Part shown: positions 10,946-23,387 of the stretch, piece after piece
Position numbering within the stretch: the stretch's first letter is position 1
How the letters are laid out: each line of letters opens with the position of its first letter
Origin: Vicugna vicugna
Taxonomy: Eukaryota
DNA length: 64,000 bases
Direction of reading: 5' to 3'
Assembly (NCBI GenBank): GCA_013265495.1
Contig: MU058233.1
Location: 345,038-409,037, forward strand
Notes under the pieces: model-generated
The model's database searches: none
Told to the model about the DNA's origin: nothing
The model's input: the letters and a program-made list of their open reading frames with translations, nothing else
Program-made: the position numbers and the translations under genes

Positions 10946-13900
10946 TAGACCCAAAGGTAAGGAGGACCAGCCAGGTGGGGTCTTACTGCCTCCTGCTCGT
11001 CTGCACTTTTTAAATCACACCCGTCGCAAACATCTGCCGCTTACAAACTGCTGTTCGCATGAGAAAAAGTGCGATGAAAAGTGTTGCTTAAATGTCTCAT
11101 TTTTGTCCGATGTGAATTTGCATGAAAATCACGCTTTCCCTGCAGTACAACCCCCTTCTCAGCTGAAAACATTGTTTGTGTAAAGTATTGGGCAGCGAGA
11201 AGGGGCCGTTTATCACACACGGGTCCGAGTGGCGCTAGTGAGGCACTGAGACACCTGTGCCCGATACCTCGCCGACCCCCCAGCGCGGCCTCCTCCCCGC
11301 AAGCTTCCCTTTCCGGCCTCTGACCCCCGGCGCCAGCCGGCCGGTCGTGCGCTTGGCCTGGCCTTAGGCACGCTTCCCCGTCCTGCTTTGCCCAGAACAC
11401 CAGGGTGGTGGCCGCAGGGTGAGACTGTCTCCCTCCCCCTGGCAGTGGCAGCGCTGCCCGCTGTGGTGGGCAGCTCGGGTCTGCAGCCCCCTCCTGGCTG
11501 GCGGCGCCGTGGGAACCGCGTTTCCGGTTCCCGTCTGCATCCGGACCGGCCTCGGCTTCAGGGCTCAGTGGCCTCGCTGCCCTACAGGGACCGTGCGCAG
11601 GCATTGCACCCACATCCCTGCGCCGGAGCCGGGCGCGGGGGCGGGGATGGGGACCGCTACGCTGCAGCCCTGGCGTAAGCCCGTCTGAGCGGAACCAGAG
11701 GGTTCTGCTCTGTAGTTAGAAGCCCCATTTCTGGCAGACAGATAATAAACCAAGTTTATGGTATCTGGAAAAAATCAGAGTTCAGCCAGAGGGCTGCTCT
11801 GAGAGCTTGGAAACGCAGTGACGCTCCCGGGGGTGGGGCAGACGCAGGGACAGAGGGGCTCGGTGTGGGCACGGCGGGAGGGACACCGACGCAGGGACAG
11901 GAGGACCCCAGCACCCCTCCCAGGGCCTCGAGAGGTAGAGGGACACCCAGGGCCCATCCGCACGCTGAGACTCTCGGTTCATTTTAAAGCTGAAGGAAGA
12001 GTATCCTTTACTCATTTAAACTTGGTTAAGTTCTCAACATTCAGACCTGCAGCCAGGGTGTTCGCGCTCCTCTGGACAGTTCGGTCAGGGGAGAACCCGA
12101 CGCACCTCCCTGAGCCCGGCCCTGTCCAGCTGCTGCCCCGCTGCCACCCTTTAGCGATGAACCCCGGCCCCTTCCGGCCCCTCCTGCTCTGGCAAAGCCA
12201 TGGCCTTGACTTTTCAGCCCTCCCTCCGAAAAAGGACAACATCTCTTGAATGTGTGTACTGGGCCCCTCTGATCTGACGTCCCTCAGGGTGTCACGCAGC
12301 CGGTGTGTCGCCAGACGTCAGCCCGCAGCAGTCCGAGACGGGTGGTGTCGAAAGCATACTTTCCGAAGGTGCTGCAAAGGTGCTTGCGTTCCCCCGGGAC
12401 TTTGCCACCCCACCTGTGAACGGCAGTGTTGCCTCTCGCCGACAGATTACAGTGGAAGGGATGCTACGTGGCCTCTGAGCTGAGTCGGGAAGAGCCGTGA
12501 GGCTCCGTGCACTGGGACTTTGTTTGGGCACCTTACAGGCAATCAGACTCGGAGGCCCAGGCCACACGGAGGGGCCCCCAGCGGGTGCTCTGGTGGACAG
12601 TCCATCTGCTGCTGGGCATGTGCAGGACGACTCCCCAGATGATTCCAGCCCCCGCTTTGAGCCCCCACCGTCACACCCGCCCAGCCAAGGTCCGGAAGGC
12701 GCTGCTTGGAGAGGCCGTTTCCCCTTCCCCGTCTGAACTCCTGCCTGGAGTCTGTTGAGATGTGGTTTAAACACAGCCATTGTAACCGGGAAGGGTGCAT
12801 TTCCCAAAGTCTGTGACTCTGCCTTTTCTTGGACACAGTGTCCTGCACAGCGCTGGGCGCACCGTGGGTGCTTCCCTCAGGGCGGCTGGCTTCACGCCCG
12901 CCCAGTCAGCTCACGGCCGGAGGAGGGGCTGGGCTCCGGCTCAGCCTCCACATTCCCCACCCGGAGCCCGAGAAGCAGGACGTCCTCAACCACAAAGCCG
13001 CTTCGCGGAGGATTTATAAACCCACAGAGGAGCAGGAGCGGTTACGAGGCTCTCAAAAGCCACTTCCGAGGTCTTGGTTGGAACGCACGGCAGGCAGCGT
13101 CCCCACCGGCCTCACAGGACGCGGGGCCTTGGCAGCAGCACTAATGGAAATTTATGGGGACGCCCTTTGTGCCTCCGGAGAAACAAACGCAGGATGAAAA
13201 GAGGATGAAGTGGCAGCGGCCGTCCCAGCGGGGCAGCAAGCGTCCCCTCGTGGCAGCAGGACACACATCCATCTCCTGCCGAGGAGACAGATCTGGGCTT
13301 CAGCACAGGCCCAGGAAGCTGCGCCGTCGGAAACCGAGACGAATGTTTCTGGGAACAGCTGCCAGGAGGGTTCTTGGAAGTGCGTCAGCCGGGGAGCGTT
13401 CCTGCCTCTGACGTCTTCGTGGATGCCTTCCTGGTAGTGGCGTCTGCCTGCTGGTGCGACACGCTCTTGTCCCCTCAGGAACGTCGAGAGAGCCTGGAGT
13501 CAGTCGTAAATGAGCGCGGGCCGCACTGACGCCAGCTTCCCTCCAGCCAGGGCGACGGTGGAGCCCGAGGCGGATTCCGATGGGCACGGGGGCAGAGCAG
13601 CCCCCGTGGGAAGCCGGCACAGGACAGGCTGCCTGGGAAGTCGGGGAGGAGGACACTCCTGCTTGGGGTCCTGTCTTCGCAAGACTCAGTCCATCCATCC
13701 ATCCAGGCAGCTGGCCTCCCAGAAACCAGTAAGTACGTGTGTACACAAAATAGGCACAAACACGGCACGCGTGTACAAGCACACGTGCACACCAATCACT
13801 GTGCACACACATCACACGGGGTACGCACGCACATCACACACGCCCAGGCACACATTCCCACGCGTGCACACACAGCTCCTGGTGCACAGAGACCCAGGCC

Positions 13901-16900
13901 CACGCCGCAGGGACCTGGAAGGCTCAGCCTTTCTCGAGGTGCCTGTGCCCCGAACTAGGGGTGATGCAGATCCCAGTGCGCTCACTCCTCCACGCCCAGG
14001 CGCTAGCTAGCGCGGACAGAGCAGCCAGGGCCAGCCCGCACACACCTTTGGAGAGGTGCATGGGCCGAGACGCAGCACCCCAGATTCCCAGCTGTGGGCG
14101 CAGACTCGCCTCGCCGTGCGCTCGGGAGATGTGAGGGCGCGCCACCCTCAGAGGAAAAGCCTGGCAGACCGCTTGTCGGAAACAGAACACTGGAACGTGC
14201 GCAGAAAGACCCCTCCCACACGCCTTCTCAGGAGCCTGGGGGAACAGTCACAAGGGGGCCTTGCGCTGTCGGGCACAGCGTCCATCCCACTGCCTGGAGG
14301 TCTCCACGCGCCAGAGAGAGTGAGCCGGCTGCCAAGGGCCAGGCCACAAGCGGCCGGGCGGCTGGAGCGTCTGCCTGCGCAGGGAGGCCGGGTGTGCCAG
14401 CTCTAGGGCCTGTGACCTTCAGCCCCTCCAGGCCCCCTCTTGGACAGTCTCTGGGGTGGCTGAGGCAGGCCACACGCTGGGGTCCAGCTCAGCTCGGACA
14501 TCTTTTGTTACCCTCGGCCCCAGCTGCCCCAGCAGGGCCTCTGAGGGTGCTCAGTGAGCCCCTTAGGGTCCACAGTGGACGGGTTCGGGGCAAGCGGGAC
14601 GCCAGGCATGTACTCTTTGCTCCCGATGGGGTCTGGGGCAGCCCCACGTTGAGCAGCCTTGCTCCCCATCCCAGCAAATCCCCTGCTGAGACAGAGCCGT
14701 GAGGCAGGCGGCCTCTGCTTCTGTCCGACCCTGATGCAGGGCACTGGCCGGCTCTGAAGAAGAGCCGGTCCCACAGGAGAGTGAGCGGGTAGGGTCTGTT
14801 CCCCTCGGCGACCATTCCACGCCAAGCGGCAGGCTCACCCGAGCGCCCCCGCCCTCCCGAGGCGCCCCCTTCTCTGGGCACAGACAAGGCTTGGGGTCTG
14901 CAGGGCTGGTGGGAGGGGAAGGGGGTCGACCGGCTGCAGCAGCTCCACCTGGAGGAGAGAAACCAGCCACACAGCACATTTCCATGACGACACTGAGCTT
15001 TCCGCCCGTCTCCCGGGACTCTTGCTTCCACTCGCAGACCTTCCAACACGGGCAGCGCGGAGCCTGCACATGGAACAGGATCGGCCCATGGCACCTGCCT
15101 GCAACGCCTCACGGTCGCCATCCACTAAATCTGGACTCATCACACTCGACAGCCAAGCTGGGCACGGCCGAGACATTTAATACGCAAGACGACTTTGCCA
15201 ACACGTAACAGCGGGGACGTTCCTGTGCGAGAACATGGACGGGGCTTAGATGAGGCCGTTCAGCTCTAAGATCCTGTTCAATTTGGGTTTGCCAGTCTTC
15301 CCTTCATCACCCACGGGCCAGTCTCAATAATCAAGATCTATGTTATGTGCTTTGTGGCATAATTAAGGCCGCTGCTTAATTAGAACAGCCGTCTACCTCC
15401 AGACAAGGGGACATCAGTAATGCCTCCAGCAGAGGAAGGTGGAGAGAACTTTGGTTGGAGGGTGGGCGGAAGTGCCTGTGGGCGGGAACACATACACACA
15501 GGTGTGCACCCACACGTCGCATTGCAGGCACAGGATGCATGGTGCACATGCACGCACGTGCTCCTACCCTCCGCGTTGTGACTGATGACTGCATCCGCCG
15601 GAGCAGTCGGTGAGGCAGTTTCTGATTGGATGGGGGGCTCCGTGGGGATTCGGGCTGTTTAGGAAGCCAAACTTGAAGGTGTCCAATGGACACAGCCTGA
15701 GCGTGCATGTATGTAGTTATTCATTCAGTCATCCATGAGCGGTTGCTGAGGGCCTCCTAGGCACCAGGCATGGCCGTCGACGTGCGACAGCACAGCTGTG
15801 GCTGTTTGCGGAGCGGAAGACGCCCTGGAACGCGCAGCACCCTGTTGGGCTGCCAGCCTTGGGCGCTCCTCCCTGTGGGCGCCGGGCACCCACAGCTGCG
15901 TGGTTAGTCCTCCTCTTCCCACGTCTGGTCCATCACCCACGTCGTGTGTGGGGCGGGGGTGGTGGGGGGGGAGTTCTGGGCTTGTGCCTGGCGCCAAAGC
16001 CTCCTCCTTTCTTTTTTGGGGAGGAAATGGGATATAAACAAACTGGTAAATAACTAAATAAAACCCACATCCTCCAATTCAGGGAGGCACAGAGCTGCGC
16101 CCCTTCAAATCAGCGCTTCTGTAAATCAGGTTTCCATCTATTAAGGTGGATTATCAATGGCATCTCTCTCAAAGTGCACCCTGATGTCTTCTCTCGTCGC
16201 GTGAGAATGACAGCCGGGATTGGTCACTCTGTCAGCTTTTATTTTCGCAGACAGAGGTTTCTTGTGGGGGCAGGCCTGCGCTGTGAGGGGCAGGCTGGTC
16301 TCAACGCCCAAAGGGAAAGTCAGAGTCACTCCTGCTACTCAGACAAACCCAGGCCCAGCAAGACGCTGGTGGAGAGCACTCCCGAGGATGTGAGGATGTG
16401 CAGTGACACACCGGACACCCCAGGTGGAGTCCTTCTGGCTTGAAGAAGCAGAGAACCCAACGCAAATTTGCTTAAGCCAAAAAATTTAAAAATATATATG
16501 CATGTGTATGTGTGCATACTAATTTACTGCAGAGTCTAGAGGATTCAGTTTTTAGTTATTTGTGATTTATTGCAGGTGGCTTCAGGGACAGCTGGATCCA
16601 GGTGCTCATATACGGCACTGGAGCCCAGTTCCTCCCCAGCTCCCAGCTCTGTCATGCCCTGCACTGGATTTTTCTCTTGGGTTTCACAGGTGAGCCCTGA
16701 GAGCTCAAGCTTTCCCCACATGACGACGACGGTGCAGCTCCCAGGCTACTACCCTTGCAGTTTTATTTTTGGGGAAAGCGGTTTTTCCCCTCATGGCCTC
16801 AGGTGACTCCAAGATTCGCACTGGCCTGGGCCCTGTGATATCCCTGAGCCAGTCACTGTGGCTGGTGGGCCATATGCTCTGACTGGCTTAGCCTTGGGTC

Positions 16901-19551
16901 ATGTGATCTGCCCTGCAGCCAGAGTGGAAAGTTTCCATGGGTCCCCACGTGAAAACTGGGAGCTGCTGCCCAGTGAAAGAGCCGGATTTCCAGGAGGCGG
17001 ACGACCAGCATCTGTTACATGCAGACTCACATCTGTTCTGTAAATGCCACTGCTCTGACGCTGGGAGATGCACGGGGCTGATGGGAGACCCTGCCCTTGG
17101 CCAGGGCTGGCGCTGGCTGAGCGGTCCAGTTGCCTTGACCGCTGTGGGCTGGGACCGCTCGGAAGGCAGGTCCTGGGAGGACTCGGGGGGTCGCAGAGAG
17201 GCTTCAGCTCCGCCGTAATTCAGTCCTGAGTCAGAGCCGGGACTGGACACAAGCCCGCTGCCTCTGGGGCATGTGGAGGGTTCTAGGGGGCTCTGCAGAA
17301 CAGCCAAGAGGAGGGGTCGCTGGGAAGCGGGGTCAGAACTGGGCTGCTTTGTTGTGACAGCGAGCGCTGCGAGGCGGAGGAGGAGGAGCAGGCATGGAGA
17401 GTGGGTCCCTTCTCTCTCACTGCCGGTAAAAAGTCCAGACCCCACGGCTCAGGGAGCCCCGCGGTGGTGACCCTTCACGCGTGCGCTCACTTCACGGCGG
17501 GGAGGGTGGGGCGTTGTCTGCACAAGCCCCCGCCGTGAGGGGCAGCGGCAAACTCCTGCCTGGGGTCCCTTAACAATGACAAACTGCACCACGAGCGGAA
17601 CAGCTTTGCTGAGTCCTGCGAGTCCTTCCAGTGAATTACCGAACTTGAGGCTGGCCCTGGGGGGCCCTCTGAGCAGCACCCCTGCTGCCCGGGAGCTCAG
17701 AGCCAAGAACAGGGCTGATCTCCAGCGCTGAGCCGACCCGGACCAGCCTGCTGACGGGGTAACGTTTAGTTCATCCTCCAGAAATCAGGGCGCTCTGGGG
17801 GCATTCAGAAATCGACACACACTGGAACACACGCGCACGTGTGTGTACTTCCACGCACGTGTACGCACACACACACCGCCTCAGAGCACGACCGGGCACG
17901 TCCCAAGCCTGAGTCATCAGGGCCACGTCCGTGCCTGCTGCCACATCTGGGCACCACTGTGTTATTATTTACTTAGTTAGAATGTTCCTTCAAACCGGCC
18001 TGTTTTACACCTAAATGCATTTTTTTTAATTCAAAAAGGAACCTCTGTGCCATCGCTGCAAATGGAAAGCGGCATTACTTGTGCGAAACCAGTGGTGAGC
18101 ACGAACAGAAACTTGATGGAAACAAAACCACACCGTCGCCAGCAGCACGTGGTGGAGGCGGCGGGAGAGGCCCTGCTCTGGGCTCCCTGTGGACAGCAGG
18201 GGAACCGCTCTGGGATGGGGTCATCGGAGCGCCCAGGGAGCCGGGCAGAAGCCTCCCCCGGCGAGGCTCCTGGCCGTCCAGGGAACTCGGCAGCACCCAG
18301 GGTCAGGTTCTGCACGTTTAAGGGACAGGGTGGGGCCAGTCGCTGTGCCCCAGCTCTCCCTCTCTCCCTCTCTCCCTCCCAAGCCCTCGAGCTTGGAGGA
18401 ACAGGGAGTCCGTGAGGATCGCCCCCTGGCCCTCAGTGGGCTGGGGTAGCCCCAAGGCCAGCTCTGCAGCCCCCCGAGTCCCCAGTGAAGCTGATCTCCC
18501 AACGACCCCCTGCACCCACAAGGATGATACCCCCTTTCACGCTTCCGGCCCTTCCCCATCGGCCTTCCTACCCCCTCCCAGGGCTTCCAGGATCACTTCC
18601 CAAACCAGAGTCCTCTCTCAGAGGCCACAGCAGGGAGGGGGGCAAAGCAGACAGGACCTAAAAGCAGACATCCCCTCCCCGCATCCGTCTTTCCTTGAAG
18701 GCTGCTCCGGATGCCGGGGCACTGCCTGTCAGCCACTCAGGACTCAGCGCAGCAGCCTTGACCACAGAGCTGCCCAGCCCAGCCCCGAAGTCCGGCCTCT
18801 GCCCGGAAGGTGCCCCTGGAAGTGCTTTTCTCGCTCAAGGTTCCTGGCTGCAGGCTGGGTTCCCGTGGCTGGAGCCACAGGAAGGAGTCTGGCTGGACTT
18901 GCCACAAACCTGTGTTTAGCTGAACTTACTAAAGCAATGAGGTCCCCTTGGTGTGACTTCTGCCAAGCTACCTGTGAGCTTCAGCACAGGATGCAACCAT
19001 CTGAGACCAGAAGTCGGTCCTGAGTGACCAGAGGCAAGGCCATCAGGGGATCTGACTTCTGACTCATCAGCCGCTGTGGCTTCAGGGGCAAGGGGGACGG
19101 GGGATTACAGGCAAGTGACCGACATAGGAATGCCTTGCAGACACGAGCGATGCTCGCTGCAGACAGAATCTCCACCATCGCGGTCACTGAACCCAAAGCA
19201 CAGAGCACAAGCCTACTGGGCAGAGCCTGACTCCAAGCTTGTCACCTGTCACCTGCATCATTTGTGTCCGTGGCAGCACCTTGAGCATCAGCGATGGCGC
19301 AGCCCAGCTTTCTCAGACCTGCAAAGGGCTAAGGCAGAGGGACTGAATAGCCAACGTCTGGGAGCTGGGCACTGAAAGAGGGCGCCCGTGGCCGAGAGCA
19401 GAGAAATCGGAGGAAAGCAGACCGACGGGGAGGGTGCCCCTCCCTCCTCTCGGCCTGTCCAGCCCGTCCTTGGGAAGGTCTGTGTGCAGGAGCCCGGGAG
19501 CCCGTGGCGGGCTGCCTGGAGGTACCTGTGGGTGGGGGGCACCGTACTCAC

Positions 19552-19732
19552 TTTTTGGGCCTGTAGTCGGGGATGGTCCTGTCCAGGGAGATGCGGTCGC
19601 TGAGCTGTGCGTTGTACCCAAATTCCTCGTACTTGCTCTCCGTCTCCTGGCTGTCCTCATGCAGCGTGGCTGCCATGCCACCCTGGCCCAGGCCACCCGG
19701 CCCCTCCACCAGACCGATGGGCTTGGCGAGGC
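19552..19732 (-). CDS. GALNT9: GALNT9 coding exon 2 (stem)
   Basis: Acceptor ccgccag|GC; (G)LAKPIGLVEGPGGLGQGGMAATLHEDSQETESKYEEFGYNAQLSDRISLDRTIPDYRPK(K); donor AA|GTGAGT. 181 nt, phase 1 to 2. Confidence 0.97.
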
Positions 19733-19984
19733 CTGGCGGAAGGAGGACAAATGCCATCAGGCAGGTGCCAGGGCCTACCGCATCCTCCCTGTCCAGCCTC
19801 CCAGCCTCTCCCTAAGGGCCCCTTTCTTCAGGTGCAAACTCAGCAAATTCCTCACATGCCGCAGGCTTCCAGCTCCAGGACTTGCAGGAAAGGCAAAGCT
19901 ACGCAGACAGCAAAAGATCAGCGTTTGCCCAGGGTTTGCGGGGAGGGTGAACGCAGAGCACAGGATTTTTAGGCAGTGAAACGA

Positions 19985-20220
19985 CTGTGTGATTCCACGA
20001 GGGTGGGTATGTGTCATTTGTCCAAACCAGAGCAAGTGTAACAGCAAGAGTGAACCCTCGAGTCAACTGTGGACCCTGAGCAATTACGATGCACCAGCGA
20101 ATGCACCACATTAACGCAGCGTGTCAATCACGGGGCAAACTTTGGGGGCAGTGGGCTAATGGGAACGCTCTGTACTCTCCACCCAAAACTGTTCTAAGAA
20201 GCAAAAGCTACTTTTAATTT
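19985..20220 (+). mobile_element. L1MC 3' end fragment
   Basis: TGTCATTTGTCCAAACC, CAAGAGTGAACCCT, GGGAACGCTCTGTACTCTC, AAAACTGTTCTAA. Confidence 0.75.
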
Positions 20221-20351
20221 GGGGGGGGGAGAGGGGCAGGTAATTAGGTTTATTTATTCATTTATTTTTTACTGGAGATACTGGGGCTTGAACCGAGGAC
20301 TTCACTCACGCTAAGCATGTGCTCTGCCGCTGAGCTGTACCCTCCTCCCCC
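20221..20351 (-). mobile_element. tRNA-Ala-derived SINE, camelid vic-1 type
   Basis: Reverse complement GGGGGAGGAGGGTACAGCTCAGCGGCAGAGCACATGCTTAGC...GGTTCAAGCCCCAGTATCTCC, with A/B boxes, an AT-rich tail and the AAACCTAATTACC end motif. Confidence 0.85.
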
Positions 20352-20384
20352 AAATCTACTCATTTTAAAAAATATAAAATAAAA

Positions 20385-20495
20385 AAGGAACATACTCATA
20401 TACGTAACTGAGTCACTATGCTGTACACCAGAAAGTAACACAACATTGTAAATCAACTACACCTCGATTAAAATATACGTGTAAAATAAAAATAA
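20385..20495 (+). mobile_element. Younger L1 3' terminal fragment (artiodactyl type)
   Basis: ATACGTAACTGAGTCACTATGCTGTACACCAGAAAGTAACACAACATTGTAAATCAACTACACCTCGATTAAAA. Confidence 0.8.
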
Positions 20496-20569
20496 AAGAA
20501 CTTAAGAAATGCAAAGCAGCTGCCCCACTTGCTCACTAACCCTCGACACTGTTGGTCTTTAGAATTCAG

Positions 20570-20850
20570 AACAACCGTAGGTCCACTCTACGGAGTGCTC
20601 CTTTGGGATGAAAAGGAGAGAGCGGCTATATGTGCCACAACCTGGGTGAATCTCAAAAAAACCTTGTTGAGCAAGAAGCCTGCAAAGACCCAGAGGAAAA
20701 CATCTGATTTACCCAAGTTCAGGAACAGACGAACAACTCCACGTTGACAGAGGTGAGAGCGGCGACCTTGGGGGTGAGGGCGACACTGGCTGCAAAGGAG
20801 CCCTCCTGGGGGGACCCGGTGCGTGTGCACATGGGGGTGCCTGGGAAGGC
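20570..20850 (+). mobile_element. L1ME 3' fragment
   Basis: GCCACAACCTGGGTGAATCTCAAAAA...TTGTTGAGCAAGAAGCC, AAGTTCAGGAACAGAC. Confidence 0.6.
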
Positions 20851-21200
20851 CAGGCCGGGGGAGTGTTCTTCCAGAATGTTCTATTTGGTCACTTGTGTCA
20901 GAAGAGGAGACGTCATCCCTAGAGGGAACTGGGGACCAGAGCAGGGCCCACCGGCAACAACATCCCTTGCTCTCGCTGGATGGACAATTCTAGGGCATCT
21001 CGGCTTTGATGGGGGGCGCAGGGGGCAGTAGTTTAAGCTGGGAAGAGTTGGGATGAGCTCCCATTCCCGTTCCGCAGAGGTCTCTGGTCCTACCTCAGGC
21101 CACTGGAAGTGCAAATGCTGGGAAGTATCTAACACTGATGTCATGTGCTGCTCCACACTGGGCACCAGGCTCTTCACTTGTGATACCCACCCCTCCTTAG

Positions 21201-21675
21201 GTTTCTAAATTAATTAAACAAGGAGGCCACTAGGCTGAAGGGGGCCAGTGCATGGCGTCTATGCAAACAAACCCAAACCCAAGCCTGTAACACTTCAAGG
21301 TTACCAAGTGGAAACCCAATCACACAAAGCTAATCACAGCCAACCACACACGGCCAACCACACACGGCCAATCACACAGCCAATCACACACAGCCAACCA
21401 CACACGGCCAACCACACGGCCAACTACACACAGCCAATCACACACGGCCAACCACACACGGCCAACCACACACGGCCAACCACACACAGCCAACCAGGCT
21501 TTAAGCCAGTTAACAATCCCCTTTGCTTTGCTTCTGCACCTCCTCTGTCTCCACTTTCTCCAGCTCCCGTGGGCGGAGCACTCCCAAGCACTTCCGGTTT
21601 ATCACGACCATATTCCAATCAATTTTTGTTCAAATTTAATCTTAAAATTTGTAATATGCCTCGGTTTATCTTTCA
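21201..21675 (+). mobile_element. LTR39-like (ERV1) solo LTR with an internal tandem array
   Basis: 5' end TAATTAAACAAGGAGGCCACTAGGCTGA and 3' end AAAATTTGTAATATGCCTCGGTTTATCTTTCA resemble the recalled LTR39 termini; no clear TSD. Confidence 0.65.
21316..21495 (+). repeat. Minisatellite, unit CCAA(C/T)CACACAC(G/A)G (14 bp, with 12-bp variants), about 13 copies
   Basis: Read directly, e.g. ccaaccacacacgg ccaaccacacacgg ccaatcacacag ccaatcacacacag. Confidence 0.95.
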
Positions 21676-22724
21676 GTGGTTCCCAGTGAAGGCAGGACTC
21701 AGGGAGCCGACCTCCCCACTCCAAGGGCCTGGTCGGCTCCTCCACTCATCAGAACCGGGAGTGGGGGGTTGTTCTGGAATATTCCATCTTAAACGGCAAA
21801 CGTACTGTTGGCATTTATGCAGGATGGAAGGATACCCACTGGATGTGAAATTGAAAAATTGCATGACACAGATCACTTCCACTTCTTATTTTAATATTGC
21901 AAGAAGTATATATAATCACACTATTTTTAAACATCTGTGCTGCACTTGCATTTTTTTGGTAAGTCTGTAAATAGACGTCTCCCGCAGGCAGAGGTGCTTC
22001 CAGACCCGGAGAGAGTCTCACTGCTGATGGGGGCCCGGGCCTCAGTGTGAGCTCCGGCGTCCAGGAGAAGGGGCCTCGGGAGGGTGGGGGACGCCTGCAG
22101 CAGCCAGGCCCTGACAGCACAGGTGGCGGGGGGTGGGGGGCTCAGTCACACCAGTGTTCCCCTTATAAAAGTAAAATACGCAGATGTTGAAACATCCAGA
22201 GCATCCAGAAAGCTATAAAGTGAAGAGCTAACGTTTCCTGTGCCCCCCTCCTGCAAGCCCCACTCTCCAAAGGAAATGCTTTTTTCCCAGTTTCAGTCCT
22301 CATTTGGTCCACTGCACGGACAATAGTAATTTTATGGGTCTAGTTCTTGCTTTGTCAGCCTGAGACAATTTCCCTTGACTTCCTGGCATAAAAGATGAGC
22401 AGTTCAGTCCATTTTCACCACCGCCACCTACATCCCTGCCCTGCTCCTCCCTGCATTGGTTTTTCTCAGCTACGTTAATATTTTTAGTTATTCGGGTCGT
22501 TACCTTTGTGACCTGAAAATGAAAGCACTTAAGGCTGTATTTCTGGAAGCATCGCCTTTAGCTGCTGTCCATGGACTGTCTACTGGGTTAGACGAAAAAT
22601 TAGCATACCCCTGGGAACCGCTGTTCAGTGAGTACGAAGTTTCAGTTGCACGTATATATTTGTTTCAGACATGTATGTGCTCATATATCTGAGTAAGTTT
22701 AGAGGTCTGCCACACCACACTGTG

Positions 22725-22840
22725 CCTGGTTAATAATACTGTACTGTGCACTTAAAAATTGCTGAGGATAGATCTCATGATTGGTGTTCTTACTACAATA
22801 AAAATAAATAATTTAAATGTTAAATTGCAAAAAAAAAAAA
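22725..22840 (+). mobile_element. L1MA 3' terminus with poly(A)
   Basis: GTTAATAATACTGTACTGTGCACTTAAAAATTGCTGAGGATAGATCTCATG...TGTTCTTACTACAATAAAAAT followed by an A-run. Confidence 0.75.
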
Positions 22841-23387
22841 AGCCAAAGACAAGACATTAGTATGCCTCCCCCTGGGCCTCCCACATAACTTCTCACAGAT
22901 TTGACCACAGGTGGATTCTAAAAGGAGAGACGGCTGCACATTTGACACATTGTGATTATACAAATATTATTCGCGGTGGAGCCAAGCGATGAGGGACCAT
23001 GAGAACCGACGTGGAATTCTGCCGCTAACTAAACCCCGCACTTAATGAGGAATGTTCAGATGTCAGGGCAGTATTGATTGCTTTTTTCCGATACCCGATT
23101 AGTCTCTCCCCAGTTATGCATATTTCGTTTTGCTTTAGGTTTGGATCTTGAGTTTCTGTACGGCTTTTTAGGGTGAGCACATAAGGATGACAAGAGTAAC
23201 AGTCAGGCAGCGCGCATCCTTTAGACATGAGTGCGTTCCTTCCCCACGACACCCCTGTGAGGCAGGGCTGTAGTTCACCCCATTTGGCAAATGAGTTAAC
23301 TGAGGCACAGGGAGGTCAAGTCACGCGCTCAAGGTCACACCGTTTGCAAGCACCAGAATGAGCATCTGTGCACAGGCAACATGGCAC

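Noticed and set aside
21248-21970. 240-aa ORF with His/Thr/Gln repeats
   Set aside because: It is the translation of the CCAA(C/T)CACAC minisatellite inside an LTR, from a GTG start.
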